Assembly (NCBI GenBank): GCA_963667175.2
Contig: CAXXXF010000007.1
Coordinates: 32,001-96,000, forward strand
Reading direction: 5' to 3'
DNA length: 64,000 nt
From: Candidatus Latescibacterota bacterium
Lineage (GTDB): Bacteria; Latescibacterota; UBA2968; GCA-2709665
The notes below the pieces were generated by a model. That model was not told the DNA's origin. It did no database searches and worked only from the letters and a program-made list of their open reading frames with translations. Shown here one piece after another: positions 40,241 through 50,741 of this stretch; within the stretch, counting starts at the first letter, position 1, and every line of letters starts with the position of its first letter. Both the position numbers and the translations under genes were made by a program.

Positions 40241-41272
40241 CTAATTGCTCCTGTACTCGCGAAGTCGTGTACAATCAACCAGTCTGTCAATCGTATTTGC
40301 CGTAAAAACCTTCCCCCTCGTCGCAAGGATCATCTTCTTCATGTCTTCCCTGCGGACCCCGAAGCCGCGCCCCCCAATGCAGGCGACGACCTGGAATCTC
40401 GGGTTTCTTTCCGTACGACCGGTAAGACTCAATTCACCCAGATGTTGAATCCTCGTAACTTTATCTCGCGCTGTCCCGTCATCCTCCGTTATTTTCGCCT
40501 CGATGATAATCTGAGGGTTAAATTCGCTCGGTACGATAAAGTCCGGTGTCTGGTCGAATCCCTCAATTCGTTCAGCGCGTTTCGTCTTACGGTAACTGAC
40601 CTCGGCTTTTACGAGCTCATCTTCAATCGCTGATTCCAGACTATCTCCGATTATTTCACTCACCGAGTCACGATGACCTGCAAATGGCCTACCCAGAAAT
40701 CGTTCGTACAGCAGCATAGCATAAGGGACACCAATCCTCGTGAGGTTCTGGATGCTATCGACGCCGCGACTCGTGTCGGCCTTGTCCAGGCGATGCAATT
40801 GGTCGCCTGGCACGTCCGGGACACCATTTACCAAAAGTTGACAAGCTGCATCAACCATTGCTTTGAGGCGAACAAAGCTCTTATTACCAGGGATCAGTTC
40901 GATCTCTGGCGCCATTCTGACCTTACGATCAATCGAACGAGCGAATCCCTGGCTTACCGCGATACCGGTCCTTTGTGTGGTGACATAGCCCCATTCAGGT
41001 GGGGTAAATCCAAGCATTGAACGCAAAACAACAACTGAAATCGGTTTGGAAAACACAACCGGAAGCAACTCCTCAGGTTCGAATCTGGAGAAACCATCGG
41101 TCGCAGCTTTCAAAGATTCGTACCCGCGCTCGAACACGGAATATTCAACAAAACCGACTCCTTTGGGAAGAACGATGACTTCTGACTCGAGGCTTGCAAA
41201 TACAGCATCGACATAACTGTCAGGATCCGCGGAAACCTCCTCAAAACGCGCTTCAAAAGGGAACCTCGGCAT
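40241..41272 (-). CDS. Putative type II restriction endonuclease
   Basis: TPDFIVP..IIIEAK PD-(D/E)xK motif; overlaps the MTase 3' end; start codon uncertain. Confidence 0.75.
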   Translation of the reverse strand: MPRFPFEARFEEVSADPDSYVDAVFASLESEVIVLPKGVGFVEYSVFERGYESLKAATDGFSRFEPEELLPVVFSKPISVVVLRSMLGFTPPEWGYVTTQRTGIAVSQGFARSIDRKVRMAPEIELIPGNKSFVRLKAMVDAACQLLVNGVPDVPGDQLHRLDKADTSRGVDSIQNLTRIGVPYAMLLYERFLGRPFAGHRDSVSEIIGDSLESAIEDELVKAEVSYRKTKRAERIEGFDQTPDFIVPSEFNPQIIIEAKITEDDGTARDKVTRIQHLGELSLTGRTERNPRFQVVACIGGRGFGVRREDMKKMILATRGKVFTANTIDRLVDCTRLREYRSN

Positions 41273-43460
41273 ATTCGACTCCATACTCAACGCCTTCCTC
41301 ATTCGCGGCAAACAACGGAAGATCTTGTACAGATCCCCCAGGTTGCATACAAGCTTCTACATCGGTCAATCCCCCGAAATCGCGCACCCAATCAGCAACA
41401 CGAAGCATACGTCTATTTGTGGGTTCATCCATATTCCATCCAAGTCGCAAGGACCATATTGCCAGCCGTATCAGATGCCCATAGATAATACATCTGGTGT
41501 CGCCTCGGGTAGGCTTCACGTTGCCGCGCCGAAGTCGACCAAGGTCCTCTGAAACGATCCGAGCTAAGTCGCCGGGTGTATTTGCCAGCCATTCTCGTCG
41601 CGATGTTCCAGTTTTGCGGCAAACAAACACAGTATCGACAATGGAGGAATTCGTCCCTTCAATATGTATGGATGAACCCATTTCCGCGGGACACGGAAGC
41701 GAAGCCGAACAGGTCAAGCCTGAATCAAGAATAGCGACGGCTACAGGGAAGTATGCTTCGATGGTATTGTGGTGATAGGTAAATGCCAGAGGGGATCCAG
41801 GCTTCAATGCATTGGCCATTCGTCGAAAAACACACGAGAGCCCATCAGTGAAATGATCTATCCCGCGTCCCATCGCTACGTTGCCCGTCAACTCATTTGG
41901 TGTGCGAGTGGTCGGGACCTTAAATGGGCCAGTACTCTCGCCAACCAGCCTCCTGAGCCAAACATAGCAGAAATCCATGAGTTCAGCGTATTGCACATTG
42001 GCAAAATAGGGTGGATCGGTAAACACGGCATCAAGGGAACGCTCAGGTAACGTGGCTGATGCTGCGTCTCTGCAGGATATGTCGACTACACGAACAGAAT
42101 GGGAACCGTCGCCATTTATGCTGCCGCCGATCCGTTCCCCTGAGACATGGACGACTTTCTTTTTTTTATTCTGATATTTTACTTCAAAGGGATGATCACA
42201 AAAAGACTTGGCTTTCTTGAACTTTTCGATAATGTTTGCCCAGCCGCCGCTGCCCACACACGTGGAACGACCCGGATCCATAATACCAATTATGTTGGAC
42301 TCGCAATGAATTAAACCCACCGGGAATCCGTGGACAGAGAAAATGTCCAAAGACTTTAATGCCCTGGTATCGTAACGACAGAGCATGTTCTGATAGCGGA
42401 GTAAGTCGGAAAGATTGGTCGCCAGCGCGGCGCGGAGTCTCTCGTTGGCGTTTTTGCCGATAAAATCGGCTGAAAGTTCCAGTCCGAGTAGTTGACGGCT
42501 GTTGAATAAGTCACGATAGCGTGAGTATCCCCACCGGTGCAGCCGGTCTGTTTCATCTCCTGCCGGAATCTGATCGTCCGGAGTGTATTTGGGCGACATT
42601 TTCGCCCATCGACGTTCGACTTCCACTAGCCGCGCCATATCCTGTTTATCTGGTTTCTTGAAGAATCTCCCAGTGTGGGATGGCTTGCAAACGGGACAAT
42701 GGTATTCCAGTGCAAAATTGCGGTGTCTTGGGGGACCATCACGTGCATCCGGATATTTATTCTCGGCGCCGCAGGCACTGCAAGAGCATCGGTTACGCCG
42801 AGCAGGCCCGTTAATTGTAAGCTGGTAGTCGCAGGATTTACAATGGCCGGGCGTTTTCCGATTGACGGCCTCGTTGAGTTCTCCACAAACCGGACAGACA
42901 AACACGTCTCTTGGATGTCTTGAATCTGCGGCCAGCAGATAGCCGGGGAAGAGATCGATCTCCCTTCCACATTCATAACACGATTTGACCTTGACCCACA
43001 GAAAGTATTTAACGTGGGCTTCATCTGATCCACATATCGTACATCGCGTTCGATAAAGCGGGCCGATTTCAATTTCCAGTTTTTTTCGAAGTTCTTGTGC
43101 GGCTTCCGTATAACTGCTAAGGTCAAGAGATTCGATTTCCTGCCTGACAATCCAATACGACATCGGATTTATGTCGAATCCCGTCACGTTGCAACCGAGG
43201 CGGTTCGCTTCCAGTATAGGTGTGCCGCCGCCCATGAACGGATCAGCTATATGGACTCCGGAGAGGTCATTGGTCCTGTAGAATGTCTCTTCTATTGGCC
43301 TGTCTAAAAACTCCGACAATAGCAAACCGCGGAACAGGGTGCCGGGACGTCGAGCGAACCACTTGTGAACCGCGATAATCGGCCTGTAGTTCTGCTGTAT
43401 TTGCTTTTCCCTTAGCGCCAGATCAGCAATGAAAGCTACGTTGAAATGTCTTTCGATCAT
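41253..43460 (-). CDS. Amino-DNA methyltransferase with Zn-ribbon insert (DUF1156-like)
   Basis: HKWFARR, DPFMGGG, multiple CxxC, FTDPPY. Confidence 0.85.
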   Translation of the reverse strand: MIERHFNVAFIADLALREKQIQQNYRPIIAVHKWFARRPGTLFRGLLLSEFLDRPIEETFYRTNDLSGVHIADPFMGGGTPILEANRLGCNVTGFDINPMSYWIVRQEIESLDLSSYTEAAQELRKKLEIEIGPLYRTRCTICGSDEAHVKYFLWVKVKSCYECGREIDLFPGYLLAADSRHPRDVFVCPVCGELNEAVNRKTPGHCKSCDYQLTINGPARRNRCSCSACGAENKYPDARDGPPRHRNFALEYHCPVCKPSHTGRFFKKPDKQDMARLVEVERRWAKMSPKYTPDDQIPAGDETDRLHRWGYSRYRDLFNSRQLLGLELSADFIGKNANERLRAALATNLSDLLRYQNMLCRYDTRALKSLDIFSVHGFPVGLIHCESNIIGIMDPGRSTCVGSGGWANIIEKFKKAKSFCDHPFEVKYQNKKKKVVHVSGERIGGSINGDGSHSVRVVDISCRDAASATLPERSLDAVFTDPPYFANVQYAELMDFCYVWLRRLVGESTGPFKVPTTRTPNELTGNVAMGRGIDHFTDGLSCVFRRMANALKPGSPLAFTYHHNTIEAYFPVAVAILDSGLTCSASLPCPAEMGSSIHIEGTNSSIVDTVFVCRKTGTSRREWLANTPGDLARIVSEDLGRLRRGNVKPTRGDTRCIIYGHLIRLAIWSLRLGWNMDEPTNRRMLRVADWVRDFGGLTDVEACMQPGGSVQDLPLFAANEEGVEYGVEYAEVPF

Positions 43461-43609
43461 TTGGTCACTTCCACGCTTGTTCGTTCACCCTGCACAGCAA
43501 TTGGACCGACCTGAATTTACTGATACTCCTGATTCACAAAACAAAACAAAAAAAACGCCACCCTCGTTGAACCTGAAAGCAGCGATTGGCGGGAGACGTT
43601 CAAGGGGAT

Positions 43610-44167
43610 TCAGACCTCCATGATTTCCTCTTCCTTCCGCGCCAGCAGCTTGTCGATCTCCGCCACGAAATCGTCGGTCAGCTTCTGCGCCTGGTCCTGC
43701 CCCTTCCGCGAATCGTCTTCAGGGATCTCGCCCTCTTTCTGACCGTCTTTGAACATCTCGTTTGCGTCCCGTCTGGCATTGCGCACGGAGACCTTGCACT
43801 CTTCCGCCATCTGGCGCACCACGCGAACGAGTTCCGTGCGGCGCTCTTCCGTCAGGTGCGGGATCGGCAGACGAATGACGGTCCCGTCATTGGACGGCGT
43901 CAGGCCCAGATTCGACGACTGTATGGCCTTTTCAATCGCCGGGATCGCGCTCTTGTCCCACGGCTGAAGAACGATGAGCCGCGGCTCCGGAACGCCAATG
44001 GTGGCCACCTGGTTGAGCGGCACATGGGTACCGTAATACTCGGCGCGGATATTGTCCAGCAGTGACGTGTTTGCGCGTCCGGTTCGCACCGTCGAGATTT
44101 CGTACTGAAACGCTTCGACGGCCTTCGCCATCGATTGCCTGGTCTCTGAGAGAATCTCGTCAACCAT
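43610..44167 (-). CDS. frr: Ribosome recycling factor
   Basis: VRTGRAN, LTEERR and VRNARRDA motifs. Confidence 0.97.
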   Translation of the reverse strand: MVDEILSETRQSMAKAVEAFQYEISTVRTGRANTSLLDNIRAEYYGTHVPLNQVATIGVPEPRLIVLQPWDKSAIPAIEKAIQSSNLGLTPSNDGTVIRLPIPHLTEERRTELVRVVRQMAEECKVSVRNARRDANEMFKDGQKEGEIPEDDSRKGQDQAQKLTDDFVAEIDKLLARKEEEIMEV

Positions 44168-44172
44168 CTGCC

Positions 44173-44772
44173 TCAGCTCTCCTCTCCCAGAACAAACCGC
44201 ACGAACCGTCTGACGGTGACATTCTCGCCGCACTGGGCGATCAGGTCCATCAGCAGGTCTTTGACCGTCTTGTCCGGATCCTTCACGAAGGGCTGTTCCA
44301 TAAGGCAGACTTCCTGGAAGTACTTCTCGAGACGCCCCTCTACAATTCGGTCGATTACCCGCTCGGGTTTGCCCTCGTCCAGCGCCTGCTGTCTGAAGAT
44401 TCTGCGTTCGCGCTCGATGCTTGCCTCGTCCAGCTGCTCGCGGCTCACGGCGGCCGGCGCGCTGGCCGCGATGTGCATAGCCAGGTCGCGGACAAAGGTC
44501 CGGAACTGATCGGTTCGGGCGACGAAATCGGTCTCGCTGTTGACCTCCAGCATCACGCCCAGCTTGCTGCCGGTGTGAATATACGACGTGATCAGCCCTT
44601 CGTTTGCCGCCCGCTGTGAACGGTCTTCCGCCCTGGCAACCCCGCGGGTGCGCAGCAGCTCGATGGCTTTTTCCAGATCCCCGTCACTCTCGACGAGCGC
44701 CTTCTTGCAGTCCATCATGCCCACGTTGGTCTTGGCGCGCAGTTCCTGAACCATCTTCGCAGAAATTGCCAT
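44173..44772 (-). CDS. tsf: Elongation factor Ts (short form)
   Basis: GMMDCKKAL and EVNSETDFVA motifs. Confidence 0.97.
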   Translation of the reverse strand: MAISAKMVQELRAKTNVGMMDCKKALVESDGDLEKAIELLRTRGVARAEDRSQRAANEGLITSYIHTGSKLGVMLEVNSETDFVARTDQFRTFVRDLAMHIAASAPAAVSREQLDEASIERERRIFRQQALDEGKPERVIDRIVEGRLEKYFQEVCLMEQPFVKDPDKTVKDLLMDLIAQCGENVTVRRFVRFVLGEES

Positions 44773-44817
44773 GGTTTCTCCCCGCTGGCGTAACGCCTTT
44801 CCCTTCTGATTCGTCGG

Positions 44818-45582
44818 TTATTCGCTGGCTTCGGTAATTTCAGTAATTTCCGGCCCGAGCAACTGGGGTTCGTCGTCCGCCCTGTCGGGACCCTCCCGTC
44901 GAATCTTCTGACCCTCGAGCACCGCATCGGACACGAGCCGGGTGAGGAGTCCGATAGACCGGATGGCGTCGTCGTTGCCGGGAATCGGATAGTCGACGTC
45001 GTCCGGATTGCAGTTGGTGTCGACGATGGCCACCACCGGAATATTGAGGCGCCTCGCTTCGTGAACGGCGATCCTTTCTTTCTTGATATCAATCACGAAT
45101 ACCAATCCGGGCAGCCGGCCCATATCCCGGATACCGCTCAGGGATCTCTCCAGTTTCTCCCGCTCACGTTCCAGCCGCAGTACCTCTTTCTTGGTCAACT
45201 TCTCGTAGGTCCCGTCCGCGCCCATCTTGTCGAGCGTTTCGAGGCGCCGAATACTCTGACGGATGGTCTGGTAATTCGTCAACATCCCGCCAAGCCAGCG
45301 CTCGGTGACGTGAAACATCTCGCAACGCTTCGCTTCCCGAAGAATGACGTCCTTCGCCTGTTTCTTCGTTCCCACGAAGAGGACGGATTCACCCCGTTCC
45401 ACGGCCTGGCTGATCATCTGGCACGCTTCTTCGATCTGCTTCATCGTCTTCTGCAGATCGATAATGTAGATGCCGTTGCGTTCGATAAAGATGAACTTTC
45501 TCATCTTCGGATTCCAACGTCGGGTCTGATGCCCGAAGTGGACTCCGGCCTCGAGCAACGCTTTCATTTCAACGACAGCCAT
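44818..45582 (-). CDS. rpsB: 30S ribosomal protein S2
   Basis: [12 protein letters not shown] and IPGNDD motifs. Confidence 0.98.
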   Translation of the reverse strand: MAVVEMKALLEAGVHFGHQTRRWNPKMRKFIFIERNGIYIIDLQKTMKQIEEACQMISQAVERGESVLFVGTKKQAKDVILREAKRCEMFHVTERWLGGMLTNYQTIRQSIRRLETLDKMGADGTYEKLTKKEVLRLEREREKLERSLSGIRDMGRLPGLVFVIDIKKERIAVHEARRLNIPVVAIVDTNCNPDDVDYPIPGNDDAIRSIGLLTRLVSDAVLEGQKIRREGPDRADDEPQLLGPEITEITEASE

Positions 45583-45597
45583 ACAATCCTCCTGCGA

Positions 45598-45680
45598 CTC
45601 CGGGTTGAACCTCTGTGACCGTCATTCCGCAGGCCCGCCGGAAACCGACACCCGGCCTGAAGTCGGGGCACATGTGAAAT
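45598..45680 (-). promoter_or_regulatory. Putative S2 autoregulatory leader
   Basis: On the minus strand CACA..GGGUG..GAGGUUCAACCC upstream of rpsB, resembling known rpsB leaders. Confidence 0.5.
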
Positions 45681-45729
45681 AGGCGCGCTGTCGGGTTTGC
45701 ACAACACGCCATTTAAAAAAAAGGTCCGA

Positions 45730-46122
45730 CTAGCGTTTCGAGAACTGGAACCGTTTGCGCGCCCCGGGGCGACCCGGCTTCTTCCGCTCCACCTCTCGCG
45801 CGTCGCGGGTCAGCAGCCCTGCCTCCCGCAACGGCCCCTTGAGGTCCTCGTTCAGGGCGAGCAGGCCCCGGGCGATGCCAAGCCTTACGGCGCCGGCCTG
45901 GCCGCTGAGACCCCCCCCCTTGGTGCTGGCGACGATATTGTACTGCCCAATCGTCTCCGTAACCGCCAGCGGCTGTTCCACGATCATCACGAGCGTCTCC
46001 CGCTTCAGATAATTCAGAATCGGCGCGCCGTTGATGGTAATCTCTCCGGACCCGGAAAACAGCTTTACGTTTGCCGTGGCCGACTTGCGCCGGCCTCTGG
46101 CAGAAGCAAGGATTTCTGCCAA
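45730..46122 (-). CDS. rpsI: 30S ribosomal protein S9
   Basis: GRRKSA, GGGLSGQAGA, terminal QFSKR. Confidence 0.97.
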   Translation of the reverse strand: MAEILASARGRRKSATANVKLFSGSGEITINGAPILNYLKRETLVMIVEQPLAVTETIGQYNIVASTKGGGLSGQAGAVRLGIARGLLALNEDLKGPLREAGLLTRDAREVERKKPGRPGARKRFQFSKR

Positions 46123-46177
46123 GACCCGACCTCCTCTCGGTCAACGAACTTCGAACGATGCTTCGGTTCGGCGGAAA

Positions 46178-46612
46178 TCAAATCAGGTCGATCGCTTCGG
46201 GCACCTGACTCTCATGCGGATGATCGGGCCCCGCGTAGATCCGGACCTTCTTAATCATCCTGCGACCCAGCTTTGTGCGAGGCAACATCCCCCGGATGGC
46301 ATGCTCCAGCACGAACACAGGCTGGGTTTCGAGCGCCCGCTTGAGTGTCTTGGTTTTAAGGCCGCCCGGATAACCGCTGAAGCTCGTATAGACCTTCTGT
46401 TCGGGTTTGTTGGCGCCTTTGACAACGAGCCTGTCGGTGTTTACCACGATCACATGATCGCCGGTATCCACGTGCGGCGTATAAAACGGTTTGTGTTTGC
46501 CCATCAGAATCCGGGCCACCTCGCTCGCGAAGCGACCCAGCACCTTGCCTTCGGCATCAGCCAGAAACCATCTGCGTTCGACGTCGGACTTTTTCGCGCT
46601 CGGCGTATTCAT
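46178..46612 (-). CDS. rplM: 50S ribosomal protein L13
   Basis: LGR.AS..GKHKP.YTPHVDTGD and GMLP motifs. Confidence 0.97.
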   Translation of the reverse strand: MNTPSAKKSDVERRWFLADAEGKVLGRFASEVARILMGKHKPFYTPHVDTGDHVIVVNTDRLVVKGANKPEQKVYTSFSGYPGGLKTKTLKRALETQPVFVLEHAIRGMLPRTKLGRRMIKKVRIYAGPDHPHESQVPEAIDLI

Positions 46613-47054
46613 AAAATCCGAATGGCGTCCACGTGCACGCCAATTTCGAATTCACCTCCTCTCAACGACGTTTGCGCACAATGTCAAGCCTCAAAAGATA
46701 TAGAACACGTTTATTTCTGTCAAGCACAAACCCTTATTTGACAAAAAATGCGCCGCGATTCGGGAGCCGGCTTTCCGGCCACGTCTCACCACGGCGCATT
46801 GATCGAGACGGCTTCCATCTCACGGCGCCCCCACTCGCATCGCGGGGGCCCGTCGGGACGACGGATCGCCTGTCTTTCGATGGCTGCTTAGATTCGCCAG
46901 GCGCGTTACCAGACGAGATGTTCTCCCGCACCCGGCAGCGCACCTAACGACAGCCACCTCCACTGGTCATATCGCTCATTTGACCACCTCCTTTCCGTGT
47001 AAGCGAAAATATAGGCCACGGAACCGTGGAAGTCAAAGGCTTTCTCCAGCCGGG

Positions 47055-47957
47055 TCAGGTCCGCGGATCCAGCGCATCCCGCAATCCGTCTCCGACCAGG
47101 TTAAAGGCCAATACGGTCAGGAAAATGGCGACGCCGGGAAAGGTCAGGACCCACGGCGCGCGCAGTACCAGTTCGCGTCCGCCCGTCAACATGGCGCCCC
47201 ACTCCGGCAACGGCGGCTGCGCGCCCAATCCCAGAAAGCTCAGGCCCGCCGCATCGAGTATGGCCGTCGCCAGGCCCAGCGTGGACTGAACGATCAGCGG
47301 CGTAAGGCAGTTCGGGAGAACCGAAGAAAACAGGATTCGGAAATCGCCGCCGCCAAGCGCTCTCACGGCCTGCACGTAATCCTGCCCGCGCACGGCCAGC
47401 GCCGATGCCCGCACGAGCCGGGCGTACTGCGGCACCGCCACGATTCCGACGGCCAGCATCGCGTTTTCCAGTCCCGGTCCCAGGATCGCGACAATGGCAA
47501 TGGCCAGAAGGATGCTGGGAAACGCCAACATCAGGTCCATTGCCCGCATCAGCGTCTGATCCAGCGCGCCGCCCCAGTATCCCGAGGCCAGCCCGATCGG
47601 AACGCCCGCGACCAGTGCGATCAGAACGGCTGCAACCCCCACCCGAAGCGATATCCGGGCGCCGTGGATCACGCGACTCAATACGTCTCTGCCGAAATCA
47701 TCCGTACCGAACGGATTCGACAGCGACGGCGGCTGAAGGCGGTCGTACAGGTTCTGGGCAAGGGGATCGTGTGGCGCCACCAGCGGCGCGGCAACGGCTA
47801 GCAACAGGAATGCCAACAGGAGTACGCCGCCGCCGGCCGCGAGCCGGTTCTTGAGGAGCCGCTTCCAGAACAGCCCGCCCCATCCGGAAACCGATAGAAC
47901 GCGCGGATCACCGGCTTCCACAACCTGCCCCGCGGCTGTATGGAATGGCCGGTTCAC
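47055..47957 (-). CDS. dppC: Dipeptide/oligopeptide ABC permease (DppC-like)
   Basis: FGTDDFGRD, LSFLGLG..PEWG, GDGLRDALDP; GTG start overlaps the dppB stop. Confidence 0.88.
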   Translation of the reverse strand: MNRPFHTAAGQVVEAGDPRVLSVSGWGGLFWKRLLKNRLAAGGGVLLLAFLLLAVAAPLVAPHDPLAQNLYDRLQPPSLSNPFGTDDFGRDVLSRVIHGARISLRVGVAAVLIALVAGVPIGLASGYWGGALDQTLMRAMDLMLAFPSILLAIAIVAILGPGLENAMLAVGIVAVPQYARLVRASALAVRGQDYVQAVRALGGGDFRILFSSVLPNCLTPLIVQSTLGLATAILDAAGLSFLGLGAQPPLPEWGAMLTGGRELVLRAPWVLTFPGVAIFLTVLAFNLVGDGLRDALDPRT

Positions 47958-48967
47958 GTTCCTCTCCCGTGTCGGATCCTCGGGTCCAGCCACGCGTACA
48001 TCACGTCCGCAACGAGGTTGATCAGAGCAAATGTCAGCGCAACCAGCAGAACCCCGCCCTGCACGGCCCTGAAGTCCCTCGAATAGACCGCGAGCAGCAG
48101 CCAGCGCCCCACGCCCGGCCAGGCGAAAATCGTCTCCGTGATGACCGCTCCTCCGAGCAGGAAACCGAACTGCAGGCTGATCACGGTCAGCACGGGAATG
48201 AACGCGTTCTTGAGGGCGTGCCGGAAAATGACGATTCGTTCCGGGAGTCCCTTCGCCCATGCCGTGCGCACATAGTCTTCTTTCAGCACGTCGAGGAGGC
48301 TGGACCGCGTCATGCGCGCAATGACGGCCATTGGCACGGTGCCCAGCGTGAGCCCGGGCAGCACGAGATGCCACGCCGCGTCGCCGAAAGCCGGCCAATC
48401 CCACGCCAGCAGACTGTCGATCAGGTAGAGCCCGGTCACTTCCGGAATAAACAGGTGGGTGCTGAGCCGTCCGGAAACGGGAAACAGCCCGAGAAAGACC
48501 GACATCAACAGAATGACCATCAGACCCAGCCAGAAAATCGGCATGGAGAGCCCCGCCAGGGAAGCCGTCATGCCGAGATAATCCATGACGGATCCCTTTC
48601 GTGACGCCGAGACCACGCCGGCAAGGATCCCGAAGCCGCAGGCAAGCAGCATGCTGGTCAACGTAAGTTCGAGCGTCGCGGGAAACCTGGCCAGCAACTC
48701 GGAGGAGACTTTCGCGTGCGACTTGAACGAACGGCCCAGATCGCCCTGCAGCAATCCCGCCAGGTACAGACCCAGCTGGACGTGCAGGTCCCTGTCAAGC
48801 CCCAGCTGCTTTCGCAGTTCCGCCACCTGTTCCGCGTTCGCGCGTTCTCCCAGCATCACCTGCGCCGGATCCCCGGGAACGAAGTGGATCATCAGAAACA
48901 CCAGGACCACAATGCCCAGCAACATGGGAACCAGCAGAAGCAGCCGTTTCAGGATGTAGACGCCCAT
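47954..48967 (-). CDS. dppB: Dipeptide/oligopeptide ABC permease (DppB-like)
   Basis: PGDPA, GDLGRS, RTAWAKG..HALKNA and ETIFAWPG motifs. Confidence 0.9.
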   Translation of the reverse strand: MGVYILKRLLLLVPMLLGIVVLVFLMIHFVPGDPAQVMLGERANAEQVAELRKQLGLDRDLHVQLGLYLAGLLQGDLGRSFKSHAKVSSELLARFPATLELTLTSMLLACGFGILAGVVSASRKGSVMDYLGMTASLAGLSMPIFWLGLMVILLMSVFLGLFPVSGRLSTHLFIPEVTGLYLIDSLLAWDWPAFGDAAWHLVLPGLTLGTVPMAVIARMTRSSLLDVLKEDYVRTAWAKGLPERIVIFRHALKNAFIPVLTVISLQFGFLLGGAVITETIFAWPGVGRWLLLAVYSRDFRAVQGGVLLVALTFALINLVADVMYAWLDPRIRHGRGT

Positions 48968-49041
48968 GGCGCGCGTGGCCTCGATAGGTTCAGGATCGTG
49001 CCGTTTTCCGCAGCTTTCGGCGGCGGCTTCCGGCGGCGCCC

Positions 49042-50604
49042 TCAGTCCGCCTGCTCGATACGAACGTGCTGGAACCACTTGCTTCCGGTGGGATGCAGGG
49101 TGAAGCCGGTCACCGTCTTCTTGAAAGCGGCGGTCTGGGCCGCGTGCACGAGGGGCGCCCAGGGCGCATCGTGGAAGACGATCTCCTGCGCCTTTCGGTA
49201 GAGCCCGGTCCTTACGTCCACGTCGACTTCCCTCTGCGCCTGCACAAGCACGTCATGCAGTTCGTCGCTGCGGTAGAACGCGATGTTGTTGGCGGGATGT
49301 TGCGTGGCGCTCTTGTCCAGAAGCACGTAAAGAAAGTTGTCCGGGTCGCCGTTGTCTCCGGTCCAGCCCAGAAGCGCCATATCATGCTGACCTCGCGAAA
49401 CCTTGTCCAGATAGGTTCCCCATTCGTAACTCACGATTTCCGCCTCTATACCCACCGCCTGCAGGTCGGCCTGGATGGCCTGGGCTATTTTTCTGGGCTG
49501 CGGCATATATGGGCGCGGCACGGGCATGGCCCACAGCGTCGTCTTGAATCCGTCCGCGTATCCGGCGTCTTCCAGCAGCTCGCGCGCCCGTTCGGGATCG
49601 TAGGCGTAGCCGTCGATGCCTTCGTGATAGCTCCACATCGACGGCGGAATCGGATTCACCGCGGGCAGCGCCAGACCCTGGTACAGATTATCCACCAGCG
49701 CCTGCTTGTTGATGGCGTGATTCACCGCACGCCGCACCTTTATGAGATGGAACGGGGCCCGGTCCATGTTCATTGCCAGGTACCCCACGTTCATCCCCGG
49801 CTGAGTCAGAAGCCGAAGCTCCGGATGCCCTTCGATATTCGGGATGAAATCGGGCACGAGGTGATCCATTCCGTCAATCGAACCCTGGATGAGGGCAATC
49901 AGACGCACGGAATTTTCCGGAATGCTTCTGAAAATCAACCGGTCGATCTGCGGCGCATCGCCCCAGTAGTCGGCAAATCGCTCCAGCACCACACGGTCGT
50001 CCTTGATCCATTGAACGAACCGAAACGGACCGGTGCCCACGGGGCGCCGGGGAAAGTCGGCGCCGTGTTTCCGTACGGCGGAGGGACTGACGATGCCACA
50101 GAAATTCATGGCGAGATTCGACAGAAACGGCGCATTCGGACGGGACAGCTCAATGGCGACCGTGTGGTCGTCCACCCTCTTTACGTCGCTGACGACGTCG
50201 CTCATCGACATGCTGTTCCAATACTGATACGCGCCCTCGACACGATGAAACGGATGGTCGGATCTGAACTGCCGGGCGAGCGAAAAGACCACCGCGTCCG
50301 CGTTGAACGGGGTACCGTCGTGGAACCGCACGTTCTTCCTGAGTTGAAACGTCCATGTCCTGAGGTCTTCCGAAACCTTCCACGCTTCCGCGAGACCCGG
50401 CGCCAGTTCCGTAGTTCCCGGCTGAAACGTGACAAGGTTATCGTATATATTGTCGCATACCTTGAATGACTCGCCGTCTGTCTCGAGCGCGGGATCCAGA
50501 CCCACGGTATCACCGCCCCTTCCGAATACCAGGGTTCGGGGGCGCTCTTCAACGCAGGCGATCAGGGTCGATAACAGAATCAGCAGAACGACAAACATCC
50601 GCAT
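49042..50604 (-). CDS. dppA: Peptide ABC substrate-binding lipoprotein (DppA-like)
   Basis: Lipobox LIAC, FHDGTPFNA, PVGTGPF and GWTGDNGDPDNF motifs. Confidence 0.9.
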   Translation of the reverse strand: MRMFVVLLILLSTLIACVEERPRTLVFGRGGDTVGLDPALETDGESFKVCDNIYDNLVTFQPGTTELAPGLAEAWKVSEDLRTWTFQLRKNVRFHDGTPFNADAVVFSLARQFRSDHPFHRVEGAYQYWNSMSMSDVVSDVKRVDDHTVAIELSRPNAPFLSNLAMNFCGIVSPSAVRKHGADFPRRPVGTGPFRFVQWIKDDRVVLERFADYWGDAPQIDRLIFRSIPENSVRLIALIQGSIDGMDHLVPDFIPNIEGHPELRLLTQPGMNVGYLAMNMDRAPFHLIKVRRAVNHAINKQALVDNLYQGLALPAVNPIPPSMWSYHEGIDGYAYDPERARELLEDAGYADGFKTTLWAMPVPRPYMPQPRKIAQAIQADLQAVGIEAEIVSYEWGTYLDKVSRGQHDMALLGWTGDNGDPDNFLYVLLDKSATQHPANNIAFYRSDELHDVLVQAQREVDVDVRTGLYRKAQEIVFHDAPWAPLVHAAQTAAFKKTVTGFTLHPTGSKWFQHVRIEQAD

Positions 50605-50741
50605 GATAAAGTCTCCGTACGAAAGAGCGGTCGGCAGGCCCTATGACACGCCCTGCCGACCGCGAGCGTTACGCCCCGGAAACCGGCCGCCAGGCGGCGA
50701 TCCGTATCCGGCGCGGAAACCGTGTGGGAAACGTCCGGTAC

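Noticed and set aside
49066-50469. Long plus-strand ORF (similar cases: 7165..8217, 29672..30463, 57297..58418)
   Set aside because: Antisense shadows of well-supported genes in high-GC DNA.
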